Shown here: in pieces, positions 55,115 through 64,000 of the stretch
Layout of the letters: every line of letters begins with the position of its first letter
Numbering within the stretch: the stretch's first letter is position 1
NCBI RefSeq assembly: GCF_009914755.1
Contig: NC_060935.1
DNA length: 64,000 bases
Direction: 5' to 3' (one strand)
Source: the human T2T-CHM13v2.0 reference genome, Homo sapiens
Position numbers and translations under genes: made by a program
The notes under the pieces: model-generated
Told to the model about the DNA's origin: nothing
The model's input: the letters and a program-made list of their open reading frames with translations, nothing else
Database searches by the model: none

Positions 55115-55574
55115 TAGTATGTGTGTTGTGTCTTTGATGCCCAGGCCCCAGCACAAGGTAGATTCTTAATATATGGGGACTAAATTGAAGCAATTTGTAC
55201 CTTCCCAGGTACAGGGCAGGAAGGAGTAGTAAAAAGCTACCAAAGAACAGATCTGTCATTTACCAAGTCAGCCTCAGACACCCGGAAAAGGCTGATGTTA
55301 GCAAAGCTCCCAGGATTGGCCCACCCCACCACTCAGGGCACAGCCGCCTCTGCCTCTCCTTCCGGGAGTGCAACATTAATTTAGCACTTACTACTGCAGG
55401 CACTCTCTTTGGATTGGTAAGAAATAGAAGGGCAAAGAGAAGCAGAGAGCTTGGGAGAACAAAATGTCTGGAGTCAGAAGACACGCCACTTGCTGGCTGT
55501 TTTCTTAGGCAAGCCCTGTGCTTGACTTTCCTAAGCCTCATTTTCCACATCTACAAAATAAGAGCAACTACCTG

Positions 55575-56110
55575 GCAAGGGAAAGGCATCTCTCATACGC
55601 TGCTGATAGGATGTAAATGGGTATGACCTTCCTGCAAGTAATTTGTAAAAATTCCTTAAGACGAACACACCTTTGGACTTGGCAATTCCACATCCAGAAA
55701 CTTATCCTAAGAAAATGATCAAGTCTGGAGCAAGAGTCCACTGCAAGAATAGTCATTATGTGTTTATAATAGCAAAAACTGGAAATAATCTAAACAACAA
55801 ATGTGAAGAATTTGTCTGAGTAATTATAGTATACCCATAAATGGAATGCCATAATCATTAAAATTATAATATATTTTCCTCCTACATGAAAAGGTGTTTA
55901 TGATATGTTGTTAAATACAAAAGGCTATTTAGTGAACAGTATGAAAATATGATACTGCTTTTAAAAAAGAAGCATTTTACTCCAAATATTAACTGTAGCT
56001 TATATTTGTATTGTAGGATTGCTACTAACTTAACATTTTTCCTCTTATTTGTCTATTTTTTACAAGAAGCATTTGCTATTTTTTAAAGGTAACAAAATCA
56101 TCATATTAAA
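55575..56110 (+). mobile_element. Old L1 (L1ME-like) 3' fragment
   Basis: ctctcatacgctgctgataggatgtaaatgg...ggcaattccac...gtttataatagcaaaaactggaaa. Confidence 0.7.
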
Positions 56111-58516
56111 ATACCTACTTTTAAAGGTTGTTTTAAGAGTTAAAGAAGATATTACACATGAAAGTACTTTGTGAACTGAAAAAATTATACAGATTTAAGA
56201 TAGGACTTCTGCCCATGAGAAGCTTATAGTTTGGAAGGAGATGAAAGATATCTAAGATAACCATAGCATGAGACAGGATGTGACTAGAGCTTTCAGAGAA
56301 TGACAAGCAGCATGTTATTTGGAAGCACAGAGGAGGAAAAATTACTTCTGGCTGTGGAGGTAGCAGCCAGAATGTTTGCATGAACACTGAGGAATGGTTC
56401 AGGTAGAAATATCTGATCAGACAGAAATATAGAATCGGGCATTGAGGGGAGTGGGAAGTTGTGGACGGGTTTGGAGAATGGCAAGTGTTGTGAGTGGTTG
56501 GAGAGTAGAGAGCCATGGTGCAGGGTGGAAGATGAGTCTAGAAAGGCAGTCGGGGCCAGCTGCTTTTTCGACAATGAGCAGATGTGTGTTGAAGGCCTTC
56601 TCTGAGCAGGAAGTCGTTGTACTTCTGGAGGACGTGGTGCCACAGCTGTAAGCCCATCACAGGTGTGAGGCACTCACGGCTGTGTCGGCAGTGCCTGGCA
56701 TGGATGAGACCTTGAAGAGCATGAATGAAGTCACCTGTCCCGGTAGCTCTGCCTGGAAGCAGCAGTGCAGGGGTGCGCTGTGGGGCCGATGGTGGGAAGG
56801 AGGAGCATGGAGGGGAGAAGGGCCCTTTGTAGCTTGTGCAGCTGGGGATAGAAAGGAGGGAAGATATCTTCAGCCCTGATTGGAAGAGGATGAGAAGTGG
56901 GATAGTGATGGGGGAGTGAAAAGGAGATGAGGCTTGGAGGAGGGAGGAATCACGCATATCTCCCAGGTTTGCTGCTGGGGTGGCCGCAGAACCGGGAGTC
57001 GGTCACAGAGTTCACAGACGAGGTCACATGGAGGAGAAGCCTGGTGCCGGGAACAAGCTAGGAGTAACTGGACCACGATGACGCCTGTGAGCTGGTCCTG
57101 ATCTCTTGGGCTCTTCCCAGGGGCTGCCCAGGGCAGGCAATGGCTGGTATCTCTTATGTCCTCTTGGAAGGAGCCTGGGGTGCAAAGAAGGGAGGGGTTT
57201 TTGTTTTAATCCAGAGAGCTTTTGTTAATGGAAATTCACAAACCACCCTGCTTATCCTTGCTTCCTTCAGCTCATCCCACCTCCCAGCACCCTTGGCTTC
57301 CTCTCTTCTGCCACCAGGAATTCAAACCTCCCTCAGGATCCCAGATGCTGTCTCTCTGCCACCCTCACCTCCCAGCAGTGCACACACACAAACACACATA
57401 CACATACACACACACACCAGAAGGGAGGTGAGAAAGTCTCATTGTTTAGGCAAATGTCTAAATTTCCACCACCCCTTGCAGCTCCCGGCCTGGCCCACTG
57501 TTTAGCTCCTCCTGTTGTCATGTCACTGGTTAATTACATTCTTTACTGAGGTGCAAATGTGTTTTTACAGGGAGAGTAAGATGGTGTTAACTAGGAAGGA
57601 ACTGTTGATGTTAAAGATGCATTTACCTCTGGCGTAGGGCAGGCCCTCCTGGCCAGCGGTTCTCCCGATGCTGCTCTGAAAGTGCCGCCCAGGCCTCAGA
57701 GCAGCCCCCTCCCCCGACCCTGCCATCCTGGCTCCAAGCACAGCCTCACTGAAGTCCAATTAGCAACTCATCCACAAGGAGAAATTGATGGGACTGTTTG
57801 AGGAGTGTCCGGCCAGACCTTATGGCCGTGCTGACCACCCAGCCTCCATTTGCCAATGCCGTGGTCCATTTCAAATATTGAGAAACAAAATTAATTCACT
57901 TTAATCTAAAAATAAAAATAAGTCATGCAGCCAAAGCCAGCTTGAGGCCACAGGTTAGCCTTTACTGCTAAGTGCTGCTTTAGGCCCATTCCCCTCCGAC
58001 TCTTCCTCCCTGCTGCCCTGGACACCTCCCCACCCACCCTAACCCCTCAGTGTCTCTCCAGACCCCAGTCGAAGCCCACTGTCATTTGGATCTGCAACTT
58101 ATCCACACTCCTGGCAAATCTACCACTGTCCCCCCTTCCTCTGAGTTTCCCCACAGCCTTAATACAAGATGTCAGCTGTGGTCTTCCCAGCACCGCAGAA
58201 ATCACTCACAGGCACCTGTCCACACTTGGGGGAGAGGGCCGCAGGCACTCCTGGTTCAGGAAGCCAGATGGACAACAATAGGGCGTGTTCAACAGTGACC
58301 AGGGCCTGGCTACAGTGGCTCCATGGGCCTCAGTGACCACATTGAGAGAGAGTTGAATGGCAAATACAGGAGAAATGGCTGCAAGGGAAATTACAGAATA
58401 GAGGACATCCTGGAGAGGCCTGGAGAGGGGAGAACACAGCCCGGAAGCCCCTCCTCTCTGACCACCCCTGCACTTCTTGCCTTCCCTGCTGAGAGCTGCT
58501 CTACCCTTTTTTGCAG

Positions 58517-58623
58517 GTGCTTTGGCTCTAGCAGACAGGAAGAAATTCTGGCCCAGCTGGAAGTAGAAAGAGGGGAGTGAGTCTCCTGAGGACCATCTCA
58601 GAGGCCCCGGGATCACCCGAACA
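58517..58623 (+). other. PKNOX2: Non-coding 5'-UTR exon (107 bp), probably PKNOX2 exon 3
   Basis: Polypyrimidine tract and acceptor ccctttttttgcAG|G before 58517; donor ACA|GTAAGA after 58623; no ATG inside. Sequence (gtgctttggctctagcagacagg...ccccgggatcacccgaaca) and length match my memory of the PKNOX2 5'-UTR exon preceding the ATG exon. Gene identity is recalled, not searched. Confidence 0.8.
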
Positions 58624-58841
58624 GTAAGAAATGCTCTTCTGTCGTTTAACATACAGTTACACCCCCCAAGCAGGATATCTTTTCTTCTGAAGGCCTCTAG
58701 AACGAGCTCAGAACATGAGCTGACACTTAACATGAACGACCTTGAAAGCCAATCATTGTGTGATTATTCTCATGTCTTCATGTCACCTCCTTAGCTCCTT
58801 GAGGAGGAGGGCTGGGCCTTATTCCTGTCTCTTTTCATCTA

Positions 58842-58879
58842 TTCTGTGAACAATAAATGGTTCTGTGAACAATAAATGG
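58842..58879. repeat. Perfect 19-bp tandem duplication containing AATAAA
   Basis: ttctgtgaacaataaatgg at 58842-58860 and 58861-58879. Confidence 0.95.
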
Positions 58880-60232
58880 TGGTTGATACAGATGGGTGGG
58901 GCCTTGCTTAGTATCAAGATGATGATCACATTTGTACCGCCCTCTGGAGCAAACATTATCACCCATGAATGACCTGGTGGTGGCGGGGTGGGGTGGGGGG
59001 TTCCTTAAAAATGCAGTTCCAGGACCCCAAAGCCAAAGCTTCTGATGCTTTGAGTCAGGATTAGGACTCAGGAACCTGCACCCCAAATCTTTTTGATGCA
59101 TGGAAACTGCATTCCAGGTGTTTCTGATGAACTCTGAGAAATGGTTCTTTTGAATGTATAAAGCATTTTGAATAGAGAATCTCATTTAATCCTCTTATCT
59201 GATAGGGTTTTTTAAATCCCCTTAAGTAACTTCATGATCCCACAGACGTAAGTATCAATATAGGCAGGCATGTAGAAATCCGGTTATCCGAAACAACCCT
59301 TTTTTCTTTCCAGTATGCCATGATAAGGGCTGGATCTGTTATGGTGAGATTGGGCCCCAACTCCAAAGGACCTTGCCCAGGATTTTGTAAGTTTCCCTGA
59401 TGTCTTAGGGCCACCATGATTTTACAGTTCATCAGTCTCCATTTTGGCAGCAGAAATCATCGCCAAATTCCTCACAAAGCTGGTTTCCCTGCAGAGAGGG
59501 AACGAGGGAGAGTTAATCACAAAGATGAATGTCCCTTTGCCCAGCTCTCCAAGCAGCTAGTTAGTCTATTTAGAGGTCCACATGTCTGAGGACAGACTGG
59601 CAACAATGCTCGTCCTTCTTCCTGTCTGGGGAGCTCTGTGTTCTAGGTACAATGAGGGGTGGGTGGCATGGGAGAGCTGTGGCTCCTCGCGGTGGAAGCT
59701 GAGGGCAAGGTATCTATGCAGGTCAAGTCTTCGCTGAGTGTGGGTTGGGCGATGCCCGTTTCGGGGGCAAGTTGAGCCTTTTCAACATTTGGAGTCTGTG
59801 TAGCAGAGTGATGTCACAAGGAGTTCACTGTAGACAGCAGCTGTGGGCAGGGATTGAAGAAGATGGGAAGAAGGTACAAAAAGGGACAAGGGTTCTACAC
59901 CTGGTGAATCCGTGTGAAGTGTGCTGATGCCCAAGTTCAGTGGCTTTCTCTGGGACTGAGAATAGAACTGAGGCTCTTCCTGCTGAACTCTCCTGTAGAG
60001 TCCTATTTCTCTGCAGGCTGAGGCTGTGGATGCTGGAGTCCAAACAAGCCAGTCTGAGCCTGGGAGAATGGAGGTGTTCCTGCCATCACCTGCATGGTAG
60101 AATATGGGTAACAGGGTTGATGGACTGCTAATCCTGCTGTGAATTATGTCTTCCTGTAGAATGGAAGGCTTCCACAGATGGGGTAGAGGCAACCTCAAAT
60201 ATCACCCCTGACCTTTGCCCTCTCAGTCCCAA

Positions 60233-60240
60233 GACACACA

Positions 60241-60279
<39 letters not shown>
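60233..60279. repeat. (CA)n microsatellite
   Basis: Direct reading. Confidence 0.95.
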
Positions 60280-60282
<3 letters not shown>

Positions 60283-61273
60283 CCACTGAACCGTCTTGCC
60301 AAGTGAGTGGCAGTATGGTCTGTTCTAGGTACTAAATACAGTTGACACTATTGCTTGGATGGGTGCAACTGGCAAGGACAATTTTTGCAGCTAATGCTGG
60401 AAGTGTGGCAATCAGAGAAGCTGCCAGCTGTCTCACTTAAATTCTTAGCTCTCTCGCTCTCTTTTTTTAAAATCGTTTTGCTTACATAATCCACCCCCTT
60501 TTTATTTTCTAATTCTCTCCTTGCAAAGCTGGCACCAGAGGGGAAGGGCTGGGGTGGAGGGGGTAGCAATTACACATCGGTTTGGGGAGCATTTACATTT
60601 TGCAATTACAATTTAAAAATAAGTCTCGTTAATGATCTCCACGTGTAAACGACAAACCCTAACTGACATATATACTCTCCTGGGCCTGCCTGCCTCCCCC
60701 AGAGTCAGGGCTCAGTGGAGGCAGAGGTGCCTAGGAAGACATAGGAGGAGGCTGGGGGCCAGTGTCTGAGGGGTGGCAAGAGCAGGTCATATGCCTTTGA
60801 GGTTGGTACAGGACAGATTCGGGACTGAAACCTTGGAAATCAAGAGTTCTGGACTCCAGCTCCTTCTCTTCCCTGCACTCATGCTAGGTCCTAGCCCATC
60901 TTCTTCTGAGCCTGGTACTGTAGGAACTCTGCTAGGGAGAAAGGGAGCCCCAAATGCTGATATCCTCTGAGGTGGGGATTTTCAAAGTCCTGTTGGGCAA
61001 ACATAAACCTTAGTTCTCAAGAGCCAGCCAGTGTGCCTGGATAGTCATGGATTGGGTAAAGGAGCTGATTCCATACTCAGGGTTCAGGAAGGGAACAGCA
61101 TTTGTTTTATCCCCATTTAGGAGAGACATATCTCCTCTTCTCAGTTGGTGAACACGTAGTTATTGGAGTCCTCTGGTTCCTTGAGGAAACTTAGGCTTTG
61201 GAACCAGACCAACCTAGACTCCAATTCTAGCTCTGCCATTTGCTGCCTGTGAGATTTGGGGCAAGTTACGTAA

Positions 61274-61601
<328 letters not shown>

Positions 61602-62254
61602 ACTTAAGTTTTCTTACCATCATTGTCTTTCTGTAATTGTGGTAATCATATTTACCTCATGGGGCTTCTGTGCAGATTAAATGAGAGAATGCACAAGAAT
61701 GCACCTCACACAATGTCTGGTGCATCAGAAATGCTCAGAAAATGCCAGTTCCTGTGCAAGCCCCTCCCCTTGAGCCCCAAAGCGGCACCTTCTACTTTAT
61801 TAAAACTGCTTCTTTCCCACTACCATGGACACTAGGGAAGGGCGATGTGGTCTGATTTGTGCAGGCCTCCCCTCAAAGTCAAGCCGTCTGCATTCTGAGC
61901 AGCTCCTGAACGGGCCCCCTCTGAACTCCCTGTAGGATTCTCTCTCTGCAGGCCATGGTTTCAGGCTCCCAGGTCAGCCTTCAGCTTGTCTGCTGTTTCC
62001 TGACTCTGGCTGTTCACAAAGCCCAGTTCTGTCTTTTCTGGACATCATAATCCAACCGCATGACCTTTTATTGGCCACTGCCCCTCTCTGGGCCCCACAT
62101 GTGTTCCTTCTCTGTGAATGAGGGAGGAGGACTAGAGGCTCTCCGAGGAGTCTTTCAGGCCTGACATCCTGTAGTCCTTGGATTCTCACTCCCCTCTCTG
62201 CTTCCCTCCACGAGATATTTGTGTAGAAAGCTGTTCATCTCTTGTGCAGTTTCA

Positions 62255-62540
<286 letters not shown>

Positions 62541-62689
62541 AAGAGGCATGCATCTTGCAAAGGGAAGAGGTCCCAAGCAGGCCAGATGGCCCAGGGCAGA
62601 GGACATGGAAGTGGGTGCGTGGTCAGAAAGCTCCTTGAAGGTAGGGACTACATGTTACCGGTTTTGCTGTTTATTATAACACAGTTAAA

Positions 62690-63150
62690 TGTTATGTTTT
62701 AAATATTGTTCTAAAAACTTGCTTTTTAAACATAGGTTATATGATTGATAGCTTTCTGGGTCAAAACAAATAGATCTACTCCATTACTTTTAACTGCTGC
62801 ATAGTTTTCTATTATATAGATGCATAATTATTTATTTATTGTAGTTATTTTTTAAATTAGAAGTATGTGTGAGAGGAAAAAGCAAACAGTGTAAAAGATA
62901 CAAAATAAAAACTCTCCCTTCCTACCCTCACCTCTCCCCACAAGGCTCATGATCCAAAGTCAACCACAACAGCTTCTGGCCTTAGTTATTTGATGGCCAA
63001 CATTTATTATATTAGATAATATGCTTCAGCCCTTTTTTCTCAGTTTATCTATTTATCTATTAACTGTCTGCTATGAAAGTTGAGGAAATTAGCACACATC
63101 CTTCCCCTCCAATTTGTATTACTTTGATAAGTTTTTATCAAATTACATTT
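62690..63150 (-). mobile_element. Old L1 (L1ME-like) fragments
   Basis: aaatagatctactccattacttttaactgctgcatagttttctatt...; degenerate. Confidence 0.55.
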
Positions 63151-63169
63151 GATATTATCTATTTTTAGT

Positions 63170-63785
63170 TCATAGCATTATATGTACTATATAACATATA
63201 TACACCATATATAATATATCCTATATATTAATATAAGTATAAATCTTCTAAATCTTAATAATGTAACATAATAGTAATAGACTAAATAACACATACCATA
63301 TAGCATTATAGATACTATAAAGATTATGTATTATATAGTGTAGCACTACATATTATATATAATATGTAATGTATACTCTGTAGTATATTCTCTATATAAT
63401 ATAGTATATAGCATTATATATCATACATAATACTGTATACTACATGATATATAATATATAATACTATACACTATATTATATAGTATACTATATAATATAT
63501 GCAGTATTTTAAAATCACATATAATAGTATAATATACATTATATAATATGTAATATTATATGTTAGTATATATAATCATATGAGGTATATTATGTGCTAT
63601 GTACTATAATACATATGTATGCTGTGTACTATAATATATAATTATATATGATATATAGGATCTATAGTATGCCATATACTTTTATACTGTATATAATATA
63701 CTGTATATAGTACTACATATTATATTTTGCATAATAATAAGTTATCTATGATTTTTACATTGTTAAGATTTAGAAGATTTATACT
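63170..63785. repeat. AT-rich low-complexity block with inverted-repeat arms
   Basis: Scrambled (TA)-rich sequence; a 31-bp inverted repeat at 63236-63266 and 63755-63785. Confidence 0.9.
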
Positions 63786-64000
63786 GTTACATTGCTGTAG
63801 TTTACCTCTGCATTCTATAGGTGATTATAAGATGGAAATCTGTTTAAAAGCATTAAAACCACTGTGGGCATGGCAATATATTCAACCACAGAACTAAGCA
63901 GTGTGAATGGCCTGTGGAAGGGTCGTTACAACGTGGCTGCTGTGGAAGAACCTTCTGAGCCCTGTGGTGTCATGACTGGTGCCCTGAGCAGCCACTCTTT

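Noticed and set aside
58323-58580. 85-aa ORF overlapping the exon
   Set aside because: It starts in the intron and reads through the polypyrimidine tract; no protein similarity is recognised. The exon looks non-coding.

Overview
Primate (almost certainly human) genomic DNA: CpG-depleted, with no CpG island and dense in Alu, MIR, L1, L2, CR1, MaLR LTR and DNA-transposon fossils. I find no intact protein-coding sequence. The only ORF-track entries with real protein signal are transposon remnants: Tigger1 transposase and the L2 endonuclease region. CR1 reverse-transcriptase motifs are also readable directly from the DNA. A 107-bp exon with clean splice sites at 58517-58623 (+) matches my recollection of a 5'-UTR exon of PKNOX2 (PREP2, chr11q24). 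The window would then be intron 2 / exon 3 / intron 3 of PKNOX2; this comes from memory, not a search. Notable items: (1) a U6 snRNA/L1 chimeric retrocopy with an Alu at its tail, inserted into the endonuclease region of a near-full-length L2; (2) a full-length Tigger1 with both TIRs carrying an Alu and a THE1 LTR; (3) a MER58A hosting a MER2 and an MLT1; (4) a near-perfect RFX X-box beside a SOX site in repeat-free DNA; (5) a tandem duplication that doubles an AATAAA just downstream of the exon; (6) an AT-rich block bracketed by a 30/31 inverted repeat. I see no convincing evidence for a new biological system; the findings are evolutionary or regulatory leads.
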